Shown in pieces: positions 56,355 to 64,000 of a stretch of 64,000 nt of DNA. Every line of letters begins with the position of its first letter. Position 1 is the first letter of the stretch. The stretch is from assembly GCA_965223855.1 (NCBI GenBank), contig CBDCXM010000009.1:2560001-2624000 (forward strand), given 5' to 3'. Made by a program: the position numbers and the translations under genes. The notes under the pieces were generated by a model. The model searched no databases and was not told where the DNA came from. It was given only the letters and a program-made list of their open reading frames with translations. This DNA is from Candidatus Multivoradales bacterium (GTDB lineage Bacteria; Acidobacteriota; Thermoanaerobaculia; Multivoradales; JAHEKO01).

Positions 56355-57593
56355 ATGAGACGACTCCTCGTCGCGGCGTTTCTTCTCCTTGTCTCTCCCC
56401 ACTCCGGAGACGCCGACTGGCCCCAGTGGCGCGGGCCCGCCCGTGACGGCGTCGCCTCGGGTGCGACTCTTCCCGAGAGGCTTGCGCCCCAGCTCGAAGA
56501 GATCTGGTCGCTCGAGGTCGGAGCCGGGCACGCTTCGCCCGTCGTCGCCGGCGACCGCGTCTACCTGCACTCGAGAGTCGGCGACGAGGAGGTCGTTCGG
56601 GCACTGTCGCTCGCCGACGGCAGCGAGCTGTGGCGGTGGGGGGCCGAGACTCCCTACAGCCGCCATCCCGCGGCGCTCTCTCACGGCAAGGGGCCGCGCT
56701 CGACGCCGCTGGTAGCCGACGGCCGGCTGTGTACCTTCGGCGTCACCGGTCGCGCCGCCTGCTTCGACGCGGCCGATGGGCGGCTGCTGTGGCAGCACGA
56801 CTTCGAAGGCCGCTTCGACCGTGCCTGGCCCGACTTCGGCGTGGCGATGTCGACGGGGCTCTTCGACGGAGGGCTCGTGCTGCACGCGGGCGGCAAGAAG
56901 AGCGGTGCGCTGCTGGCGCTCGACCCGGCGACGGGAGAGGAGCTCTGGGCCTGGTCCGCCGATCCGCCCGCCTACGCCTCGCCGATTCTGGCGGTGCTCG
57001 ACGGAGTTCCCCAGATCGTCACCCAGAGCCGGACGCGGGTCGTCGCGGTCGATCCCGGGAGCGGTCGTGAGCTGTGGAGCACTCCGTTCGAGACCGCCTA
57101 CGAGCAGAACAGCGTCACGCCGCTGTGGTTCGACGACCGTGTGATCATCTCGGGCCTCGACAACGGCGTGGCGGCCTACGAGCCGCACCGCGACGCTGCC
57201 GGGCGATGGGTCCTCCAGGTCGCGTGGAAGAACGACGAGGTGCCGATGTACATGAGCTCGCCGGTCGTCCGCGGCAACCTGCTCTTCGGCATGAGCGACA
57301 AGCGCAAGGGACAGCTCTTCTGCATCGATCTCGCCACCGGCGACACTCTCTGGAAGACCGAGGGTCGGGAAGGGGAGAACGCAGCCCTGATCGTCGCCGG
57401 GGATCGCCTGATCGTCCAGACCGACGACGCCCGCCTCGCGGTCGGCCCGGCCGTGGAAACGGGTTGGAGTCCCGAAGCGACCTACACCGTGGCCGACAGC
57501 CCGACCTGGGCTCATCCGGCGCTCGTCGGGGACCGGCTGCTCGTGAAGGACCGCGAGCGGCTGACCGTCTACCGCTTCCTGCTCGCCGACTGA
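56355..57593 (+). CDS. Exported PQQ-binding-like beta-propeller protein
   Basis: 'DWPQWRGP.RDG', 'G.G.ASP', 'GPRSTP', 'YASP', 'TWAHP'. Confidence 0.88.
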   Translation: MRRLLVAAFLLLVSPHSGDADWPQWRGPARDGVASGATLPERLAPQLEEIWSLEVGAGHASPVVAGDRVYLHSRVGDEEVVRALSLADGSELWRWGAETPYSRHPAALSHGKGPRSTPLVADGRLCTFGVTGRAACFDAADGRLLWQHDFEGRFDRAWPDFGVAMSTGLFDGGLVLHAGGKKSGALLALDPATGEELWAWSADPPAYASPILAVLDGVPQIVTQSRTRVVAVDPGSGRELWSTPFETAYEQNSVTPLWFDDRVIISGLDNGVAAYEPHRDAAGRWVLQVAWKNDEVPMYMSSPVVRGNLLFGMSDKRKGQLFCIDLATGDTLWKTEGREGENAALIVAGDRLIVQTDDARLAVGPAVETGWSPEATYTVADSPTWAHPALVGDRLLVKDRERLTVYRFLLAD

Positions 57594-57699
57594 GCTGGTC
57601 CGCCGCCGTCGCGCGCAGTCCCTGCCGGGGCCGTGCCCGCGGACGGGGTGCAACGAAACCCCGGCCGGTGGTGTCCCGTAGATAGCCCCAAGCCCGACG

Positions 57700-59112
57700 A
57701 TGATCTTCAACACGCCGATCTTCTTCGTCTTCTTCGTCGTCTTCCTGACGGTGTACGGCCTCGTGCTGCGTCGCCATGGCGCGCGAGTGTGGTGGATCGT
57801 GCTCGCGAGCCTCGTGTTCTACGGCGCGTGGAACTATCGCTTCATCCCGCTGCTCGTCGGCAGTGCGATCGCCGACTACTACATCGCTCTCGCCATCGGG
57901 CGAAGCGAGGACCCGGCGGTGAGGAAGCGATGGGTGACGCTGTCGGTGGCGATCAACCTCGGTGTGCTCGGGCTCTTCAAGTACGCCGATTTCGTGCTGC
58001 TTTCGGTGGCCGACTTCCTGGCGCTTTTCGGCATCGCAGCGGACCTGCCGACCCTCGCCTGGGTCCTTCCCGTCGGCATTTCGTTCTACACCTTCCAGAG
58101 CCTGAGCTACACGATCGACGTCTATCGCGGCGACATGGAGCCGCGCCGCGGCCTCGGCGAGTTCGTCGCGGCACTGTCGTTCTTCCCGCAGCTGGTCGCG
58201 GGCCCGATCCTGCGGGCGCGCCAGATCCTGCCGCAGATGCACGCGTTGCCGACGCCGACCCGGGAAGGGGTGCGGCACGGCATGCTCCTGGTGACCGCCG
58301 GGGTCCTCAAGAAGACCGTGGCCGACCTGCTGGCCGCTCCGGTGGCGCGTGCCTTCGACTCCGCCGGGCCGGTGAGCGTGCTCGAGACCTGGACCGGTGT
58401 GCTGGCTTTCGCCGGCCAGATCTACGGCGATTTCGCCGGCTACACCGACATGGCGATCGGCCTCGCATTGCTGCTCGGCTTCCAGATTCCGCTCAACTTC
58501 CGGGTGCCGTACTTCGCCGTGTCTCCGGTGGACTTCTGGCGCCGCTGGCACATCTCGCTCTCGACCTGGCTTCGCGACTATCTCTACATCTCTCTGGGGG
58601 GCAACCGCACCGGGAATCGCTGGCGCAACGTGATGATCACGATGCTCCTCGGCGGTCTGTGGCACGGCGCCGCCTGGACCTTCGTCGCCTGGGGAGCGTT
58701 CCACAGCCTCCTGATCGCCGGTACCCATGCTCTGGGGAGCCTCGCGCCGCTGCGCGCCTTCGGCGCCAGTGCCTCACGCCTCGCGACGACCGCCAAGTGG
58801 GCGGTGACCTTCTATCTGGTGCTGATCGGCTGGGTGTTGTTCCGCGCGGCGACGCTCGCCGAGGCCGGTACGGTGCTTGCCACCCTGCACGGCTTCTCGG
58901 CGCCGTCAGCCTCCGCGCCGACGGCGCTGATCGTCTTCGCCCTGACCTTTACGGCCCTGTGGCTGATGCACCTGATGGACCTGGTCGTCCTCACCAGAGC
59001 CGAGGCAATCGAGAGTCGCCCCTGGCTGCTGTGGCTGCTGGTGGTCCTCGGGCAGACCCTCGCCTTCACCATCGGAAAACCGAGCAATGAGTTCATCTAC
59101 TTCCAGTTCTGA
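57700..59112 (+). CDS. MBOAT family O-acyltransferase (AlgI/PatA-like)
   Basis: 'LPVGISFYTFQS.SY', 'FFPQLVAGPI', 'QIY.DF.GY.DMA', 'FWRRWHISLSTWLRDY.YI.LGG', catalytic 'GLWHGA', terminal 'FIYFQF'. Confidence 0.95.
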   Translation: MIFNTPIFFVFFVVFLTVYGLVLRRHGARVWWIVLASLVFYGAWNYRFIPLLVGSAIADYYIALAIGRSEDPAVRKRWVTLSVAINLGVLGLFKYADFVLLSVADFLALFGIAADLPTLAWVLPVGISFYTFQSLSYTIDVYRGDMEPRRGLGEFVAALSFFPQLVAGPILRARQILPQMHALPTPTREGVRHGMLLVTAGVLKKTVADLLAAPVARAFDSAGPVSVLETWTGVLAFAGQIYGDFAGYTDMAIGLALLLGFQIPLNFRVPYFAVSPVDFWRRWHISLSTWLRDYLYISLGGNRTGNRWRNVMITMLLGGLWHGAAWTFVAWGAFHSLLIAGTHALGSLAPLRAFGASASRLATTAKWAVTFYLVLIGWVLFRAATLAEAGTVLATLHGFSAPSASAPTALIVFALTFTALWLMHLMDLVVLTRAEAIESRPWLLWLLVVLGQTLAFTIGKPSNEFIYFQF

Positions 59113-60391
59113 GGCGCCCGTGGCCGCCGAGTCCGAACGCTCGTCGCGGGCGATCTACGCTCGGACGCTCCTCGCGATAGGTCTCGTCGGACTGGCTGCG
59201 GTGCTGATCTTCAGGATCCTGACCATCGCCTTCGACGCCAGCGCGGAGACCATTCTCGGCAGAGTGACCGAGGCGCGAGCCGCCCTTCCCACGATCGTCG
59301 CCGAAGACGAGGATCTGGCGATGGTCTTCGGGTCCTCGATGGTCGATGCCGGCTTCTCGCCGAGGCAGTTCGATCGCGAGCTGGAGGAGCGGGGAGTCGA
59401 TCTCAAGTCGTTCAATTTCGGCTTCGGCGGGCTCAATCCGTACTTCCAGGACTTCTGGGCTCGGCGGATCCGGGAGAGCTTCGAGCAGGCCGATCGCAGA
59501 CTCGAGCTCGCCGTGATCGAGTTCAACCCCTTCCAGACCACGCAGGCGCGCTGGAACGGGGCGTTGCCGGCGGTCGATTCGTTCCTCGTGATGCTGGCCA
59601 GCCCGAGCGAGATGTGGGAGATCCTGCTCGAGGATCCGACCCGGGGGATACGGCTCTTCACCATCCGCTACCTGCGCAACGACATCTCGGCGGAGATGAC
59701 GACCTCGTTCTTCGGCCGTCCCCTGAGGCCGAGTCGACCGCGTAGCACCCTGCCACGCGACGAGGAGGCTGAAGCACGTTTGCGGGAGCTCGGCGAGGAG
59801 TTGGGCCGCCGTCTGGACGAGGACTACCCGGAGTATCCCGATGCGAACTGGTACTACCCGTGGCAGGGGTCCGGCACGTTGCCCGAGGAGCGTTCCGAGG
59901 AAACGCAGCAGGTCTACCACGACTACTACGAGGTACTCCGCGGCGAGCGCTATCTCGACGACGACAAGCTCAACCGCCTCCACTGCTGCGACGTCGAGGG
60001 CCTGCACTTCGAGCCGGTGCTCGTCGAGGCGTTCATCCGTGTCGTCGAGACGTTCCAGCAGTTCTCGGAGCGGGTCGAGGTGATCATGCTGCCGCGCAAC
60101 ACCGACTGGATCGAGTACTCCCCGGAGGCGCGCGCCCGGCTCGAGGAGGCGATCGCCCGCATCGAGAGTGGGACCGGGATCCCGATCCGCGACTTTCAGG
60201 ACCTCGACGAGATCACCCCCGAGATGTTCAGCGACACGACCCATCTCGCGCGGTACTCCGGCAACGTGGCGTTCACGAGCTTCCTCGCCGAGCGCTACGC
60301 CCCGATGCTCGGGGGCTCCTCGGAGCCGATCGACCAGGAGGGCGTCGCGACGGAAGAGCCGGCCGCTGCGGGCGAGACTTCGGGAGGTTGA
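59087..60391 (+). CDS. Membrane-anchored SGNH-like partner of the MBOAT
   Basis: N-terminal TM; 'VFGSS', 'FNFG.GG', C-terminal 'FSDTTHL' (DxxH); overlaps the MBOAT 3' end. Confidence 0.75.
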   Translation: MSSSTSSSEAPVAAESERSSRAIYARTLLAIGLVGLAAVLIFRILTIAFDASAETILGRVTEARAALPTIVAEDEDLAMVFGSSMVDAGFSPRQFDRELEERGVDLKSFNFGFGGLNPYFQDFWARRIRESFEQADRRLELAVIEFNPFQTTQARWNGALPAVDSFLVMLASPSEMWEILLEDPTRGIRLFTIRYLRNDISAEMTTSFFGRPLRPSRPRSTLPRDEEAEARLRELGEELGRRLDEDYPEYPDANWYYPWQGSGTLPEERSEETQQVYHDYYEVLRGERYLDDDKLNRLHCCDVEGLHFEPVLVEAFIRVVETFQQFSERVEVIMLPRNTDWIEYSPEARARLEEAIARIESGTGIPIRDFQDLDEITPEMFSDTTHLARYSGNVAFTSFLAERYAPMLGGSSEPIDQEGVATEEPAAAGETSGG

Positions 60392-60419
60392 GCCGACGGC
60401 GCTGAGCCGAGGACGACGA

Positions 60420-61298
60420 TCAGGCGATCGAGAACTCGATCGCCGAGAGGGTCGCCACATCCTCGGAGGTGAGCTCCACCTGCGCGGCCGACAGGCTGTC
60501 GCGAATGTGCTCGATGCGGCGCCCGGCGGGAATGACGATCACGCTCTTCCCCTGGTGCAGCACCCAGGCAAGCACGGCGACGTGGGGTGAGACCCCGAGG
60601 CGCGAGGCGACCTCGAGCAGCTCCGTCATCTGCGGCAGCTTGCGGTTGAGACGCCCGCCGCCGACCGGGCTGTAGGCGAGGAACGCGAGCCCCTCCCGGT
60701 CGCAGTAGTCGACGACACCACCGGTGACCGACTCCCGGAAGAAGGGATTCAGGCGGTTCTGAACGCTCTCGATCGCGGTGATCGACCTCGCCTCCTCGAT
60801 CTCCGCGACACCGACGTTGGAGAGGCCGAGCCAACGGATCTTTCCCTCGTCCCGCAGCTCGGCGAGTTGACCGACGCTCTCGGCGAGCGGCACCTGCGGG
60901 TCGGGTGCGTGGAGCTGGTAGAGGTCGATCCGGTCGATCCCGAGCGCGAGCAGGGAGCGGTCGCAGGCGGCGCGCAGATGCTCCGGTCGGGCGTCGTTCT
61001 GCCAGCGCCCGTCCGGTCGCACGAAGCCGCCCTTGGTCGCGACGACGATCGAAGCCCGATCCCCCTGCCACTCGGCGAGAGCGCGAGCGATCAGCCGCTC
61101 GTTGTGGCCGGCCTCGCCCTGGTGGAGACAGTAGGCGTCGGCGGTGTCGATCAGTGTGACGCCGCCGTCGAGGGCGGTGTGCAGGGCGCGCACGGCATCC
61201 GTGACGCTCGGCCTGCCGTCATTGTCGGAGAGCGGCCAGGCTCCGTAGCCGACGATGCCGACCGAGGGAGCGTCCGGGCCCAGGGCTCGTGTCTTCAT
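60420..61298 (-). CDS. Aldo/keto reductase
   Basis: 'DTAD.Y', 'ATKGG', 'SL..LG.D.IDLYQLH', 'GKIR..GLSN', 'YSP.GGG'; start MKTRALG. Confidence 0.93.
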   Translation of the reverse strand: MKTRALGPDAPSVGIVGYGAWPLSDNDGRPSVTDAVRALHTALDGGVTLIDTADAYCLHQGEAGHNERLIARALAEWQGDRASIVVATKGGFVRPDGRWQNDARPEHLRAACDRSLLALGIDRIDLYQLHAPDPQVPLAESVGQLAELRDEGKIRWLGLSNVGVAEIEEARSITAIESVQNRLNPFFRESVTGGVVDYCDREGLAFLAYSPVGGGRLNRKLPQMTELLEVASRLGVSPHVAVLAWVLHQGKSVIVIPAGRRIEHIRDSLSAAQVELTSEDVATLSAIEFSIA

Positions 61299-61357
61299 CG
61301 GCTCAGCATACCCCTCCGCGTCGGTGCGCCCGGAGACGGCGGAGACCCCGGCCGGAG

Positions 61358-62686
61358 TCAGAAGATCTGGCGCGATCGCACCGTCAGATTCCCCAGCAGC
61401 AGGCCGGTGACGATCGAGAACGCCAGCAGGACCATCGTGAATCCGGCCTCGATCCCGGAGACGACGTCGTTCGCCAGCAGCGACGAAACGCTGCGGAAGC
61501 CGAGGCTGCCGGGCACCAGCAGCAGGATTCCCGGCAGGATCGCGACTGCCGACGGCCACTGCCACCAGCGGCCCGAGAGATACCCCAGCCAGGTCACGAG
61601 GCAGGCGCCGATCAGCGCCCCCAGCTCGGGTCCGGCGGCGACGCTGCCGAGCCGCGAGCCGGCGAAGCTCACCGTGCAGGCGGCGAGTACCAGCGGCCAC
61701 TGTCGGGGGGCGGCCTGAAAGAGCACAGTGAGACCGGAGGCGATGATGACGAGGCTCACCGCGACCAGCCACCAGGCGAGCGGTTCAGGAGCCGCCGCGG
61801 GTAGCAGCGCGCTGCTGCCGACGGTGTCGAACCACCGTGCAGCCAGTCGGCCGCCGATCGCGATGCCGAAGCCGAGCTGCAGGAAGGCGATCAGCGAGCC
61901 GACGAATCGCGCCGTGCCGCTCACCAGATGGCCGGTCGCCAATTCGCTGACGGCGATCGTCACGGTCAGTCCCGGCACGAGGACGATGAGGCCGGCGAGG
62001 ATCGGTATGAACGGAGCCAGACCGTCGGCGACCTGGACGCCTGCGATCGAGAAGCCGGAGCTGAAGGCGAGGTGGCGCGCGGCCTGGACGGCGAGGACCG
62101 CGACGGCGCCAGCCAGCGTCGGGACGATCACGCCCACCCTCGGCGCCCGGCGCCCCGCTTCGACCAGCAGGCCGATGAGCAGGCCGAGGAGCGACGCGAC
62201 TGCGATCTCGGGCCAGCCGCCATCGAAGAGGGTGGCGGTGGCGCTCGACACGAGGGCGGCGCACACGACGTTGAGCCAGCCGTTGTAGGAACGGCGCTCC
62301 GTGCGCAGCGCTTCGACCTCGCGGGTCGCCTCACCGACCGGCAGCCGGCCGTCGATCACGGCGCGCACGAGCTTGTGCAGATGGGTCAGGCGGCCGAGAT
62401 CGACGACTCCCGGCCGCACTCGAAGCAACATCGTGCGCGGGGCCAGCTCAGGCCCGAACGAGGCGACGATCGAGGTCGGGGTGACGAGGAACTGCGCCGC
62501 GACCCCGAGCTCTTCGCTAACCTGCTCGAGCGCCTCCTCGATGCGGTCGGCCGCCATGCCGTAGCCGTGGAGCGCGCGTGCGAGGCGCATCAGGAAGTCG
62601 ATCTCTCGAGAGGGGCCGGTTGCGGAAACCTCCAACACCTCCGAGTAGACGGTATCGGAGCCCGATCCGGGGTCGGTGACGCTCAT
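61358..62686 (-). CDS. Threonine/serine exporter (ThrE family)
   Basis: 'L...LH.YG....R.E', 'DLG.L', 'LVPG..VT.A..EL....LVSG..R', 'LLVPGS'. Confidence 0.88.
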   Translation of the reverse strand: MSVTDPGSGSDTVYSEVLEVSATGPSREIDFLMRLARALHGYGMAADRIEEALEQVSEELGVAAQFLVTPTSIVASFGPELAPRTMLLRVRPGVVDLGRLTHLHKLVRAVIDGRLPVGEATREVEALRTERRSYNGWLNVVCAALVSSATATLFDGGWPEIAVASLLGLLIGLLVEAGRRAPRVGVIVPTLAGAVAVLAVQAARHLAFSSGFSIAGVQVADGLAPFIPILAGLIVLVPGLTVTIAVSELATGHLVSGTARFVGSLIAFLQLGFGIAIGGRLAARWFDTVGSSALLPAAAPEPLAWWLVAVSLVIIASGLTVLFQAAPRQWPLVLAACTVSFAGSRLGSVAAGPELGALIGACLVTWLGYLSGRWWQWPSAVAILPGILLLVPGSLGFRSVSSLLANDVVSGIEAGFTMVLLAFSIVTGLLLGNLTVRSRQIF

Positions 62687-62695
62687 CGGAGGTCC

Positions 62696-64000
62696 TCAGT
62701 TGCCGGAAGCACGGGCGTCGAAGCTTCGCGAATCTGCAGCGCCTTCGAGGAGCCCCGATTCAGGGAGAACGCGGATCGCGTTGGCGGCCCCCTGCCGACG
62801 GCGCGACTCGAGCTGGTGGCCGCGCCCCTCGAGCAGCACCACCGTGTCGGGGGAGAGCGCCCACTCTTCGTGCCGGAGCTCATCCGGGAACCACTGATGA
62901 TGAATGCGTCCCGCCGCCACCGCCGCGCCGATGTTCATGCCGTGATCGAGGACGTTGAGGATCACCTGCAGGGTGGTGTTGATGATCGTCCGTCCCCCGG
63001 GGCTGCCGACGACCAGCACCGGCCTGCCGTCCCGCGCGACGATCGTCGGCGTCATGCTCGACAGCATCCGCTTGCTGGGAGCGATCAGGTTGGGAGTCGT
63101 GCCGATCCGGCCCTCGGTGTTGGTGTCCCCCGGGACCGGGTTGAAGTCGCCCATCTCGTTGTTGAGCAGGAACCCGGCACCCGCGGCGACGAGGCGCGAG
63201 CCGTAGCTGTACTCGAGCGTGTAGGTGAGGGCGACCGCGTTCCCCTCGGCGTCGACGACCGAGAAGTGCGTGGTCTCTTCGCTCTCGGGTCGGAGCTCGA
63301 AGCTTTCGTCGACTGCGCTGGCGGTAGCGCGTTGGGGGTCGATCGAGGCTCGCAGCTGGGCCGCGTGCTCCCTGGACGTCAGCCGCGCCACCGGCATCTC
63401 GGGATTCCACTCGGGGTCTCCGAGGTGGAGTGCCCGGTCGCGAAACGCGCGCCGCATCGTCTCGGTCAGCAGATGCACGTAGGCGGCGGAGTTGTGGCCG
63501 AGCGCTTTCAGGTCGTAGGCCTCGAGCACGTTGAGCATCGTCACGAGGGCGATCCCTCCCGAGCTCGGCGGCGGCATGCCGTAGACGTCGTAACCCCGGT
63601 AGGTGCCGTGGATCGGCCGCCGTTCGACCGCCTTGTAGGCAGCGAGGTCCTCGAGCGTGATCAGCCCGCCCTGTTCACGCATGAAAGCGTCGAGGAGGCG
63701 TGCGGTCTCGCCTTTGTAGAAGCCGTCGCGGCCGTCGTCCCGGATTCGCTCGAGCGTGCGCGCGAGGTCGGGCTGGCGCCAGATTTCGCCGGGCTCGTAG
63801 AGCTCGTTGCCGGGCTTGAGGAAGGCTGCGGCGGTCGCCGGCCAGTCCTCGGCCCGCTTCCGCACCTCCTCCAGGAACGATTGCATCGCCCAGGTCGAAG
63901 GGACTCCGTCGCGGGCGAGGGCCACCGCCGGCTCGATTAGTTCCGCCCACGGCTTCGAACCGAGCCGCTGATGGGCGAGCCACAGCCCGGCGACCGTGCC
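62696..64000 (-). CDS. ggt: Gamma-glutamyltransferase (5' part outside window)
   Basis: 'PPPSSGG', autoprocessing 'ETTHFSVVD..GNAV', 'LLNNEMGDF', 'KR.LSSMTPT', 'GSPGG..I'. Confidence 0.95.
   Translation of the reverse strand, partial: GTVAGLWLAHQRLGSKPWAELIEPAVALARDGVPSTWAMQSFLEEVRKRAEDWPATAAAFLKPGNELYEPGEIWRQPDLARTLERIRDDGRDGFYKGETARLLDAFMREQGGLITLEDLAAYKAVERRPIHGTYRGYDVYGMPPPSSGGIALVTMLNVLEAYDLKALGHNSAAYVHLLTETMRRAFRDRALHLGDPEWNPEMPVARLTSREHAAQLRASIDPQRATASAVDESFELRPESEETTHFSVVDAEGNAVALTYTLEYSYGSRLVAAGAGFLLNNEMGDFNPVPGDTNTEGRIGTTPNLIAPSKRMLSSMTPTIVARDGRPVLVVGSPGGRTIINTTLQVILNVLDHGMNIGAAVAAGRIHHQWFPDELRHEEWALSPDTVVLLEGRGHQLESRRRQGAANAIRVLPESGLLEGAADSRSFDARASGN

Overview
High-GC (roughly 69%, estimated by eye), gene-dense chromosomal window with about 57 credible CDSs on both strands. 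I see no rRNA, tRNA, CRISPR array, integrase or transposase. Gene content (GWxTD-VWA and VWA proteins, PQQ-like propellers, DUF885, FG-GAP, choice-of-anchor-D) suggests an Acidobacteriota, probably Thermoanaerobaculia-like; this is inference. Most genes are transporters, exported peptidases/hydrolases, HU, a cold-shock protein, an FKBP, an arsR-arsM pair, an iodotyrosine-deiodinase-like flavoprotein, an ExeA/ExeB-like pair and an MBOAT locus. The most interesting signal is two short C-terminal tails shared by exported proteins: [IV]F[SA]DGFESGDTxAWSATxP-stop on 3 unrelated proteins and VPVELxEF...-stop on 2 small proteins. Both are conserved in protein but synonymously diverged in DNA, which points to an uncharacterised C-terminal sorting or surface-docking system. 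Other observations: pervasive TAnnnT-N6-8-ATG leaderless starts, a perfect sigma70 promoter with a palindromic operator and a 4-codon uORF before arsR, a 56-aa membrane protein missed by the ORF track, three 16-bp tandem arrays just after stop codons, and a possible decayed four-helix-bundle gene. All family calls come from motif recognition by eye, not database searches.
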